34,517 bases of DNA from Promethearchaeota archaeon (GCA_014728035.1 WJMJ01000032.1:1-34517); one strand, 5' to 3'; counted from the stretch's first letter, positions 17,185-25,656 are shown. A program made the numbers and translations. The notes: generated by a model not told the origin, from the letters alone.

Positions 17185-17484
17185 ATGGTAGCTGCCGGGA
17201 AAACAAATCTACGCCTTTGCGTGAGTGTATTTTCCGCAAAACTTTCCTCGGTAATACCAAACAAGGGCACAGTAAGTTGCATAGGTCGATACTCACTTTG
17301 GCGTGCGGTGAGGTCTAGCATCAGCTTCAAAATAAGCTTGATGGAATATGACGCACAAAAGATTATGGTGGTGGCGCGGCAGCGTTATATTATCTATGTA
17401 CTTGTGCCCACCTTCTAATTTTACAACCGTTGCAAACCACAGGTAATCCTGCCTTGAAGAAGAGCTAATTAAGGACATTTGCAA
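17185..17484 (+). ncRNA. Candidate structured non-coding RNA or long 5' leader of unknown family
   Basis: About 46% GC over 17191-17410 (hand count). At least eight mutually compatible helices including a long pseudoknot, with G.U pairs favouring the + strand. No credible protein ORF. Confidence 0.55.
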
Positions 17485-17494
17485 TTTTACAGGT

Positions 17495-18115
17495 ATGATA
17501 ATGCCACAGAATAATACGATTACTGTTCGAATGGTCTTAATGGTCAGCCTATTAACTGGCATTGTAGTTGGTGTGTCTATTCAACCTGCTGGTAATGTTA
17601 ATGCCATAATTGATATTCCTTCGACACCTTCACAAGATACCCAACCTCCAACCATATATTCATGGAATATTTCTGGTGAAGTGACTGAGGAATTTACAGT
17701 TTATTGTTTGGTTATAGATGAGGGTGATTCTGGAATTAAGAATGTTTCACTTCAAGTCAATCCAGATAATGGAACAATAAGATCTTATGAACTGGGGCAT
17801 AACGGTACGAAATCTGGTGATGCGTTCTACTATGATGGCTCTATCCCCGCACTAGAGTATGGTGATGTTTACGATTTGAGAATTATAGCATATGACAATG
17901 CTGAGAATTTACGTGAGAGTTACAAAAGGACTTTTGATTTGAGTGTCTTACCGACAACAATTGATTCGACTTACACTATGCCTGTTGTAGTAATTGGGAG
18001 TTCCATAGTACTTGGGGTTGTTGTAGTTGTAGCGTACCTGTATGACCAGAAACAAATTTCTGATGAAGATTTTCCCGAAGCAAAACTAGAATCTGAAGAA
18101 ACAAATTCAGAGTAA
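17495..18115 (+). CDS. Exported Ig/FN3-like single-domain protein with signal peptide and C-terminal TM anchor
   Basis: Hydrophobic N-terminal signal, DTQPPTI...DSGIKNVSL...YDLRIIAYDNAEN Ig-like pattern, C-terminal TM and acidic tail. Confidence 0.8.
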   Translation: MIMPQNNTITVRMVLMVSLLTGIVVGVSIQPAGNVNAIIDIPSTPSQDTQPPTIYSWNISGEVTEEFTVYCLVIDEGDSGIKNVSLQVNPDNGTIRSYELGHNGTKSGDAFYYDGSIPALEYGDVYDLRIIAYDNAENLRESYKRTFDLSVLPTTIDSTYTMPVVVIGSSIVLGVVVVVAYLYDQKQISDEDFPEAKLESEETNSE

Positions 18116-18180
18116 TACCTATATGATTCATCCGATGCACTTATATTGTTTTACTTTCATCAAACGTTCAGGTTTCGCCA

Positions 18181-20955
18181 ATGCTACGGTACGCCATTAA
18201 ACGAGTTTCAAGAAGTTATAGGTTATTCATTGCTCTCACTCTTGGTGTATTACTTGCAACGACTTTCTTCGCAAGTACAAATGTTGCTGCTGATATTTTA
18301 GCTAGGGACGCTCTTGATAGTACTCTTGATGGTGTGATTTATGATATTGTTGTCAACAAAGGTGCATCAAGTCAAACACATTGGAATGATAGCGTATTCG
18401 ATGACCTCGAATCTCAAATATCTGAGGTTGATCATGTAGTAGATAAGACACGAACATCATGGTTTGAGTATGCGTATAATTCAAGTACAGTGTTCGATAT
18501 TTTTGGTCTTAATTTCAATTCGGATTTTACATCAAATATGCATATAGTTTCAGGAGTAGATACGTTGGGTCCGAATGAGACCTACGTTGTGAGTGGGTCA
18601 CTAAACGAATCAATGTATGAATTGAATGACGAGATAACTGTTCCCATTCAGATATTGAATGGTTCTAACCCGGTTCCAATTACAATAAATTGGACACTTA
18701 CAGTTGCAGGATATGTAGAAATACCGAAAGACCAGATATTAGCATTAACTCAGGAAGCTGCCGCAGGAATCCTACTGAGTCCCTTCGGATTTGGCATTGA
18801 AACTGAGTATAATATGTTGTTAACAGATTGGGACCAAACTATATCCAATTTGATTCAAAATATAGAGAGTGAAGTTGTTAATCCTATAGTTGGTGCTATA
18901 CACAGTATTCATATCAAAATTGATCGCCAAACATTGATAGATCCCTATAACATAGAATCATCCACGGAAAGAATTCGCGATATTGCAACGCAGGTTCTAG
19001 CTAGAGTTGAACCTTATGGTGGTAGTATCAGAAGTAGTCTCCAGCTACCACTTACCTTGTATGGAGTGGTTTCACTACTGATGAATGTAGCGTTCATCTC
19101 CATGTCAATTCCAATATTCTTCATGGCTTGGTTCACGGGTACAATGGTAAGTGATGCCAGTTATAATCTTAGAAGACGTGAAATAGGACTATTGCTGACC
19201 AAGGGTTACAAGAGAGGTACTATCCGCAATATGTTTCTCATTGAGGGTGTGATTGTAGGTGGTCTTGCAGGATTTGTTTCAATGTTCTTGGGGACTGCAG
19301 TTGCATATCTTGCACTGGGGGTATCATCGATTGATTTCTTCACCGTTATAGTTCAAAATACGACTTCATTTGTGCTTTCAACTATAATGGGTATGATTCT
19401 AGCATTGTTCAGTGTGTGGAGACCTGCTAATCGAGCATCAAAGCTCGAAATTCTCGATTCGTTGAAACAATACATCTTGGTTGAAGAAACTTCTGAATAC
19501 AAAAGATTGCTACCAACAATTACTTTCTTGCTAGGAACGTACAAACTGATTGTGTGGATTCTTGGAGTGAATATGACAGGACTACTAAATAGTGTCAACC
19601 CTGGTAATTTTCTGCTCTCATTAGGAATCATTGTCTGGATCGCAATTGATCAAGTTTTGAATTTCCTAGGACCAATATTCTTCCTTTATGGGTCCACAAA
19701 GATATTCCTTAGAGGTTCCAATAAGTTCCAAGAATTTGTCGTTGATTCAGCGAAAAGATTCTTCGGTTCATTTGGTACTCTTGCAACAAGAAACGTGAAA
19801 CGAAATCCTGCTCGAAATGCAGCATTGGTCTTTGTCATTGGACTTATCGTTTCTTACGGTGTTTCATCTGTTGGTAGTCTCTACTCAGAAAATGATAGGG
19901 TTCTCCGTGAAGCATATTTTGACACTGGTTCAGATGTTAGACTCCAGTTAGCTTCTGGAACAAATATCTCAACTGTCCTAGAGCAAGTCGAGGATTATGA
20001 TTCTGTGATATCTGCTACACCAGAATATCATATCTCATTAAGCTCGGCTGGTGTGTCGATATCCACTAGAGGAATAATACCCTCTGAATGGATCGATACG
20101 GCTTTCTGGGAGCATGACTGGTATCAAGGTAATGCTATCGAGATGATTACCAATCTCAATAACAATGGTATTATTCTATCAGTGTCAATTGCTAAAACCT
20201 TGCAGGTTGATGTTGGTGACTCCATATTTGTACGCGGACCGCTTCAACCAGACCTTCATGAGTTAGAAGTCGTAGGTTTGATTGGTTTCGAGTCTTTGTT
20301 ATCTCAATTCATAGATGATGCTGATGTTTCATTCGAAGGTAACTATCCTTCATACGTTTCAGAAGCATTTCTTAACGAGACCAATATGTTGCAATTAACG
20401 ACGAAGAATGTTTTGATAGACACCCCTGATACGAACAATGGGACTCTACTTGAGGAAACTCTGTTTGAGGAGATTTCTGGAATTGAACGAACATATTCAG
20501 TTTCCTCAACTATGGAGAATTATTTTGAGCGTCCAATAGAAAGTGGTATGACCAAAATTCAGTGGGTAGCTATCGCATTTGCAGTTGTTATTGCAATGGT
20601 AGGTACTGGGCTAATTGTAATTCTAACTCTTAGAGAAAAGGATGCAGAGATTGCATTGCTTACAGTCAGAGGATTCAGTAAGAGTCAGCTTTTCAAGACT
20701 CTGTTAGCTGAGATCCTAATCATGGTTGTGTTCTCATTGTTATTGGGCTCTGTTGTTGGATTAATTCAGACCTTTGGCCAGATAAGTAATGTGAATCAAA
20801 ACATGTCCGGACTGATTAGACAGAGAATTATCATTCTAGGAATGCCTGGTTTCATGATGCTGGGCATCATCGGAGTTGTATTATTTGCAGCTGCGTTGCC
20901 AGTCTACTTTGCATCAAGAAGACCTGAATCGAAGGTGGATATCCTAAGAGCGTAG
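18181..20955 (+). CDS. FtsX/MacB-family ABC transporter permease (duplicated, two extracellular domains)
   Basis: Two FtsX signatures (RRREIGLLLTKG..LIEG; REKDAEIALLTVRG..LLAE), a RNVKRNPAR repeat junction and two large extracytoplasmic loops. Confidence 0.93.
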   Translation: MLRYAIKRVSRSYRLFIALTLGVLLATTFFASTNVAADILARDALDSTLDGVIYDIVVNKGASSQTHWNDSVFDDLESQISEVDHVVDKTRTSWFEYAYNSSTVFDIFGLNFNSDFTSNMHIVSGVDTLGPNETYVVSGSLNESMYELNDEITVPIQILNGSNPVPITINWTLTVAGYVEIPKDQILALTQEAAAGILLSPFGFGIETEYNMLLTDWDQTISNLIQNIESEVVNPIVGAIHSIHIKIDRQTLIDPYNIESSTERIRDIATQVLARVEPYGGSIRSSLQLPLTLYGVVSLLMNVAFISMSIPIFFMAWFTGTMVSDASYNLRRREIGLLLTKGYKRGTIRNMFLIEGVIVGGLAGFVSMFLGTAVAYLALGVSSIDFFTVIVQNTTSFVLSTIMGMILALFSVWRPANRASKLEILDSLKQYILVEETSEYKRLLPTITFLLGTYKLIVWILGVNMTGLLNSVNPGNFLLSLGIIVWIAIDQVLNFLGPIFFLYGSTKIFLRGSNKFQEFVVDSAKRFFGSFGTLATRNVKRNPARNAALVFVIGLIVSYGVSSVGSLYSENDRVLREAYFDTGSDVRLQLASGTNISTVLEQVEDYDSVISATPEYHISLSSAGVSISTRGIIPSEWIDTAFWEHDWYQGNAIEMITNLNNNGIILSVSIAKTLQVDVGDSIFVRGPLQPDLHELEVVGLIGFESLLSQFIDDADVSFEGNYPSYVSEAFLNETNMLQLTTKNVLIDTPDTNNGTLLEETLFEEISGIERTYSVSSTMENYFERPIESGMTKIQWVAIAFAVVIAMVGTGLIVILTLREKDAEIALLTVRGFSKSQLFKTLLAEILIMVVFSLLLGSVVGLIQTFGQISNVNQNMSGLIRQRIIILGMPGFMMLGIIGVVLFAAALPVYFASRRPESKVDILRA

Positions 20956-20964
20956 GTGATTATA

Positions 20965-21849
20965 ATGAGTGCGTATATACAAGCAAAAGATGTTGTGAAG
21001 GTCTTTAGAATGGGCTCTACAGAGGTACAAGCCCTACGAGGCCTTAATTGTGAAGTTGAAAAAGGTGAAATGGTTGCCATTGTTGGAGCTAGTGGTTCAG
21101 GGAAAACAACTCTATTGAATATCCTTGGAGGCATTACCCGTGCTACTGCTGGTCTTACAATTGTTGCTGGTCGTGATGTCACCAATGCTACTCCAAAGGA
21201 TTTAGGATTGCTTAGACGTGATGTTGTTGGACATATATTCCAAGAGCTGAATTTGATTCCAACATTAACCGCTTTTGAAAATGTGGAATTACCGTTAATG
21301 GCCGCAAAAGTTTCTCGTGGAGAACGGAAGAAAAGAGCTGAGAAGCTTCTTACAATAATGGGTCTCGATGATCGAATGAAACACAAACCTGATGAGCTTA
21401 GTGGAGGACAAAGACAACGTGTTGCAATTGCAGCAGCTCTTGCAAATGACCCAGAAGTTTTACTTGCTGATGAGCCTACGGGTGATTTGGATAGTGAAAC
21501 AGGCTCTATCATAGTTGAATATCTTCACAAAGTAAACAAGGAATTCGGAAAGACAGTTGTTATGGTAACACATGACTCATCTATTGCTAGGCAATGTGAT
21601 AGAATCCTTAGAATTCAAGATGGAAAGATAATTTCAGTATCTGTGCCCAGTCAGAATGATGAAAGTTCAGCACTTTCACGAGTTGATATAGCTCGTGAAC
21701 AATTAGCTGAAGTGAAATTGGAAATTGGAAAACTTGACCGGATGATACAGACTGGAAATATCGAACCTGCAGAATTTGCTGAACGACGAATGGATTTAGC
21801 AAAGAAGAAGAAAGTATTCGAAGAAGAATTACATCGATTGGGTTTGTGA
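20965..21849 (+). CDS. LolD/MacB-type ABC transporter ATP-binding protein with C-terminal coiled-coil extension
   Basis: Walker A GASGSGKTT, Q-loop, LSGGQRQRVAIA, ADEPTG.LD and VTHD. ATG at 20965 follows a GGTGA RBS (the ORF track starts at GTG 20956). Confidence 0.95.
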   Translation: MSAYIQAKDVVKVFRMGSTEVQALRGLNCEVEKGEMVAIVGASGSGKTTLLNILGGITRATAGLTIVAGRDVTNATPKDLGLLRRDVVGHIFQELNLIPTLTAFENVELPLMAAKVSRGERKKRAEKLLTIMGLDDRMKHKPDELSGGQRQRVAIAAALANDPEVLLADEPTGDLDSETGSIIVEYLHKVNKEFGKTVVMVTHDSSIARQCDRILRIQDGKIISVSVPSQNDESSALSRVDIAREQLAEVKLEIGKLDRMIQTGNIEPAEFAERRMDLAKKKKVFEEELHRLGL

Positions 21850-21850
21850 C

Positions 21851-22237
21851 CTAGAGATTTACTATCTCTTCTCTAATGATCTCTTCATCCTCTGCACACA
21901 TGGATATGATCCAGACACCCTTTGGCACATGGTCAATACTAAGAAACACATCGTAGGTAAAACCATGAAATTCCACAGCAACAGCATCGTATCCTAATAG
22001 TTTCAATCTATCACAGAATTCCAAAGCCTTTTCCATGGTGTTCAACCTGATAGGAATCATTAGCCAGTTCTCTCCATCCCATTTGAAAGCAGGGTATGAA
22101 CGAGGTAGCGGCCATTCTCCATTCTTAGCCAGAGCATATCCATTATGAATCATTTTGTAAATGGTTGGAAAGTATCCACAGAGAGCCAATCCTTCTCCTC
22201 GTTTCTTTGCTTCTATTAATGTGGCATAGACTCGCAT
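21851..22237 (-). CDS. Hypothetical protein (128 aa)
   Basis: GGTGA RBS 6 nt before ATG, natural composition, and it fills the gap convergent with the ABC operon. Confidence 0.7.
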   Translation of the reverse strand: MRVYATLIEAKKRGEGLALCGYFPTIYKMIHNGYALAKNGEWPLPRSYPAFKWDGENWLMIPIRLNTMEKALEFCDRLKLLGYDAVAVEFHGFTYDVFLSIDHVPKGVWIISMCAEDEEIIREEIVNL

Positions 22238-22459
22238 TTCTTCTCACCGAATCATTGGTATATTCTATTAGTTTTCGATTTTTACCACACTTGTGAATTG
22301 TTTCAAATTGATTCTGAAATGCTTCATTAGTTGTATTTCAGAACCCGGAATTTGATGATTTGAAAATGACCTTAAATCCAATCAAAGTGAACTAATAATA
22401 TTGGGAACAATTGAAAACTCGATATATTCTTATGACCTATCATTCGTTTTTCAATCGAT

Positions 22460-23335
22460 GTGTATATGACATTACCAGTTGTTCTGATTCATGGTGGTGC
22501 AACAGTATTTGAGGAGAAAGACCATCCTGCCATCATCTCTGCTGTGCAGAATGCTGCTAAGAGAGCTATGTGTGTGCTAGAAAATGGTGGATCTTCTTTA
22601 GACGCAGTAGAATCAGCGATTTGGGTACTTGAAGAAACTACACTTTTCACAGCTGGTAGAGGAGCATGTCTTACATCTGATGGTGAAGTAGAAGTTGATG
22701 CAATCATAATGGATGGTAACAGGTTGCAGAGTGGTGCTGTTATGGCTGCAAAGGATATAGTACACCCAATATCTTTAGCTAGGTATGTCTTGGAACGAAC
22801 CTCAGTATCACAAGTTGCTGGAATGGGTGTAACAAAACTCTATAACCAAATGCTTAGCTCTGGTTATAGAAAAGAATTTGAACCAAATCGAACTCGAATA
22901 ATAAAGAAAGCTGAACCTTGTGATACTGTAGGAGCGCTAGCTGTCGATGAATTTGGCAGGATTGCAGCTGGATCTTCAACTAGCGGATGGCCTGGGAAGC
23001 TGTCGGGACGAGTGGGTGATTCTCCAGTGATTGGAAGTGGACTCTATGCAAATGAGGTCGCGGGGGCCTGTTGCACTGGAAAAGGTGAACAAATTCTGCG
23101 GATTGTGATGGGCCGAATGGCTGTACTCTATGTTGAACAAGGGATGTCAGTTCAAGAAGCTGCAATACAATCTATGAACCTTTTGAAACAAAAAACTAGC
23201 GGAGAGGCAGGTCTCATAATGGTAGATTCATCAGGTCATGTTTCTCTTGGATTTGACACAACTCATATGCCAGTTGCTTTGATCAAGGGATATGAGAGTG
23301 AAGTATATTCATCCATGAAACCAGTTTTAAGTTAG
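22460..23335 (+). CDS. iaaA: Isoaspartyl peptidase/L-asparaginase (Ntn-hydrolase, asparaginase_2 family)
   Basis: IHGGA, G.S.LDAVE, E.DA.IMDG, autocleavage site D/TVGALAVD, STSG, GRVGDSPVIG.G.YA and TGKGE. Confidence 0.92.
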   Translation: MYMTLPVVLIHGGATVFEEKDHPAIISAVQNAAKRAMCVLENGGSSLDAVESAIWVLEETTLFTAGRGACLTSDGEVEVDAIIMDGNRLQSGAVMAAKDIVHPISLARYVLERTSVSQVAGMGVTKLYNQMLSSGYRKEFEPNRTRIIKKAEPCDTVGALAVDEFGRIAAGSSTSGWPGKLSGRVGDSPVIGSGLYANEVAGACCTGKGEQILRIVMGRMAVLYVEQGMSVQEAAIQSMNLLKQKTSGEAGLIMVDSSGHVSLGFDTTHMPVALIKGYESEVYSSMKPVLS

Positions 23336-23368
23336 AATTGCTTTTACAGATTTTTTTGCAATGTTTGC

Positions 23369-24085
23369 TTACGAAGAAATTCCCCTTATGTTTCCTTTTA
23401 CGCCAATCTCGTATATTTTGATAGGTATTCTCTTTCCCGTCTGGAATATGGCATCTCTGACCATATTTATCAGTCCTTTACAGCACGGTACCTCCATGTG
23501 TAGAACAGTTACATCTTGGATATCATTTGCTTTCATGATAAGACTAAGTTGTGAAGAATTTGTAGCATAGTCTTCAAATTTGGGGCATATCATAATTGTG
23601 GTCTTACCTTTCAGAAAGTCTTCATGTATTCCAGCATATGAGAGTCCTGCACAATCAGCAACTATAAGCAAATTTGCTTGTCTAAGAGCTGGATGTTGTG
23701 GACTGATCAATTTCAACTTAATAGGCCATTGCCGTAATTGTGAGTTTTTGCTTGGTTCAACAACAATCTCGGTTTCTTCTCTATCGTGTACTAGAGCTTG
23801 ACCACCAATACAAGGACTTTCCATATTTTCTCTTCGTGAAGATTCAGCAAACTCCTTTGCCCCTTTTTCATCAAATGGAACTGTTTCAATCTCTTCCAAT
23901 GACAAAGCTCCTTGTGGACAGTGACCAAGACACGCTCCAAGTCCATCACAGTATTTTTCTGCCACCAGTTTTGCTTTCCCGTCAACAATTTGTAAAGCAG
24001 CCTCTTCACAATTAGGCACACAAAGACCACAGCCATTGCATTTTTTTTCATCTATTTGTATCATTAATCTTTGAAGCATCTTCAT
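23369..24085 (-). CDS. 2x[4Fe-4S] ferredoxin-domain iron-sulfur protein (family often found beside hybrid-cluster protein genes)
   Basis: CNGCGLCVPNC and CDGLGACLGHCP, followed by SQLRQWPIKL, LLIVADC, CPK and MEVPCC.GL. Confidence 0.88.
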   Translation of the reverse strand: MKMLQRLMIQIDEKKCNGCGLCVPNCEEAALQIVDGKAKLVAEKYCDGLGACLGHCPQGALSLEEIETVPFDEKGAKEFAESSRRENMESPCIGGQALVHDREETEIVVEPSKNSQLRQWPIKLKLISPQHPALRQANLLIVADCAGLSYAGIHEDFLKGKTTIMICPKFEDYATNSSQLSLIMKANDIQDVTVLHMEVPCCKGLINMVRDAIFQTGKRIPIKIYEIGVKGNIRGISS

Positions 24086-24107
24086 CTAAACATACGTTAT
24101 CTTAAAG

Positions 24108-24123
24108 TATCATAAATGTGATA
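24108..24123. promoter_or_regulatory. Candidate HxlR-family operator in the 61-bp divergent promoter
   Basis: TATCA-N6-TGATA inverted repeat between the divergent starts at 24085 and 24147. Confidence 0.45.
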
Positions 24124-24146
24124 GTTACCAAAAGGGAAGTTAGATC

Positions 24147-24554
24147 ATGGAACCCCGCAAAAAAGAGGAAGTTGAGAATTGTCCAGTATTCTTAGCTTCA
24201 CAAATTCTTGGCAAAAAGTGGATGATTCTAGTAATTCAAGTGTTAATGACCCCAGAAGCATCTCGAGGTCTACGCTATAGCGAGATCTCTCATCAGATGG
24301 AATGGATCGGTGCAAAAGTATTGACTGAACGGTTGCGAGAATTAGAAGAATATGACCTTGTTCTACGCGAAGTGGATGATACAAAAACTCCTGCTCACGT
24401 GAGCTACACCCTTACAAAAAAAGGAGAGGGGCTTAGAAAAGCCATGGAAGAGTTGCAGTCATGGGGAATGAAATATGATGAGTCCTCAACATCTGCTTGT
24501 GCAGGTGAAGGATTCAGCAGATGTTTAGGATGTACCAATCATATTCCTGATTGA
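24147..24554 (+). CDS. HxlR/MarR-DUF24 winged-helix transcriptional regulator
   Basis: CPV..ASQILGKKWMILVI, RYSEI, KVLTERLRELE, V.YTLTKKG..L..L..WG. Confidence 0.92.
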   Translation: MEPRKKEEVENCPVFLASQILGKKWMILVIQVLMTPEASRGLRYSEISHQMEWIGAKVLTERLRELEEYDLVLREVDDTKTPAHVSYTLTKKGEGLRKAMEELQSWGMKYDESSTSACAGEGFSRCLGCTNHIPD

Positions 24555-24556
24555 TT

Positions 24557-25057
24557 CTAGTCACTAGAATAATCATTGATTATCATTAGAATTTCTTCTT
24601 CCAGTGTTGGTGTCATTTTAGGTCGTGTTTTGATACGGCCAATTTCTTCTTGTGTTTCCTTTTCAAAAATGAGAATTGTTGGACTACTTGTGATTTCAAA
24701 TGTGTCAACCTCTACTGGACTCGGTGGCACTGCCCAGAATCCTCCAGCACCTCTTGGGGGTTTTGTCATTCCTCCAAAAGCTCGGATTTCGAAGTTTGTT
24801 TTTTCTTCAAGTAATGCGAGAACTGGAATTGCTCTTCTCGCATCTCCACACCAATCAGCAAAAACAGCTACAATCACATATTCATCTTCGAATTCTTTCA
24901 AAAGGTTAACAATTTCCTCTTTTAGTCGATAGTTCTGTTTTTGTCTCCTGTATGATCCCTTGTCCATAGGTTTCATTTGCTCGATATATTCTGAACAAGA
25001 CAGGTATTCCTTTGAAACATTTTCTAGGTTGGGCATTTGTATCACCGTAACTGGCAT
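24557..25057 (-). CDS. Thioredoxin-fold protein (WCGDA, single-Cys type)
   Basis: AVFADWCGDARRAIPVL active-site helix, cis-Pro motif SSPTILIF, and EIGRI..RP. Confidence 0.85.
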   Translation of the reverse strand: MPVTVIQMPNLENVSKEYLSCSEYIEQMKPMDKGSYRRQKQNYRLKEEIVNLLKEFEDEYVIVAVFADWCGDARRAIPVLALLEEKTNFEIRAFGGMTKPPRGAGGFWAVPPSPVEVDTFEITSSPTILIFEKETQEEIGRIKTRPKMTPTLEEEILMIINDYSSD

Positions 25058-25123
25058 TGAATAATTTGAGGTAGAACCCTCTTTTTGGGTTCTACTCTAA
25101 CTGGGATAACCTCTTGTGGAAGT

Positions 25124-25603
25124 TTACTCGTCATCACACTTGATATCGGTTCCTTTTTCCCCTTTTTTGGGTTGTAATGGAGCCATCTTAATCAAAGTCA
25201 CAATCCTCTTTAGAGATTCAACGTGTTTCTCTTCATCCTCTTTCAGATGTTCAAGCAACATTAGACCAATCTCATCATCCATGAGCTTGATTTCTTCCTC
25301 AAGAAGCTTAACCATCTCTGATTCTTCTTTCATGATTTCTTTAAGCATCCTGTCTAGTTTGATGCGTCCTGTGTATCTACCGATCTTTGCCATCCATTCA
25401 TCACAAGGCACCGTGCTCATAAGCTCAATCATGCCTTCTAGGAATTTCTGATGTTTCCAGGTATCCAAGCGCATCTCCATCAGAACTAATCTGACTGAAG
25501 TTTCTCGGGCTTCTTCCTCCGCTTCAATAAGACGCTCTAATGTCCTTTTTTCTACCTCAATCTGTTTTTGGAGCACTTCTACGAGTTTATCTGTATTCGA
25601 CAT
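25124..25603 (-). CDS. Ferritin-like/rubrerythrin-like four-helix-bundle protein
   Basis: All-helical duplicated halves with QIEVE...DTWKH and MKEESE...DEEKH di-metal motifs. Confidence 0.8.
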   Translation of the reverse strand: MSNTDKLVEVLQKQIEVEKRTLERLIEAEEEARETSVRLVLMEMRLDTWKHQKFLEGMIELMSTVPCDEWMAKIGRYTGRIKLDRMLKEIMKEESEMVKLLEEEIKLMDDEIGLMLLEHLKEDEEKHVESLKRIVTLIKMAPLQPKKGEKGTDIKCDDE

Positions 25604-25634
25604 TTTTTAATTCCTCGAAAATTTCCACACGTTG

Positions 25635-25656
25635 ATACTTAACTATGTTTAAGTAT
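25635..25656. promoter_or_regulatory. Perfect inverted repeat upstream of the ferritin-like gene (candidate operator)
   Basis: ATACTTAA-N6-TTAAGTAT, 32-53 nt upstream of the ATG at 25603. Confidence 0.5.

Noticed and set aside
17241-17249. GAGGAAAGT on the - strand, resembling RNase P RNA CR-I
   Set aside because: It is followed by TT rather than CC, there is no matching CR-V (AACAGAA..GGCTTA) downstream, and G.U pairs favour the opposite strand.
17225-17310. ACTTTCCTCGGT resembling the HDV-like ribozyme P3/L3 loop, with GTATT/AATAC as P1
   Set aside because: P1 is only 5 bp, there is no GG for P1.1 directly after it, and P2 does not abut P3. The canonical double pseudoknot cannot be built.
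17303-17357. Hairpin followed by ACA, suggesting an H/ACA guide RNA or SECIS
   Set aside because: The lower stem is too short, ACA spacing is about 11 nt, and there is no apical K-loop. The ATGA lies on the wrong (3') side for a SECIS, and no in-frame UGA selenoprotein candidate was seen.
17115-17562. Three overlapping short ORFs (71, 79 and 89 aa) in the 17.1-17.5 kb gap
   Set aside because: They overlap each other, have no clear RBS or motifs, and their composition is unlike the acidic proteome here. RNA structure explains the region better.
20953-20967. Permease TAG stop is in frame with the ATPase (possible pyrrolysine/readthrough fusion)
   Set aside because: TAGGTGA is simply the GGTGA ribosome-binding site for ATG 20965. 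In-frame adjacency occurs one time in three by chance, and no pyl genes are in the window.
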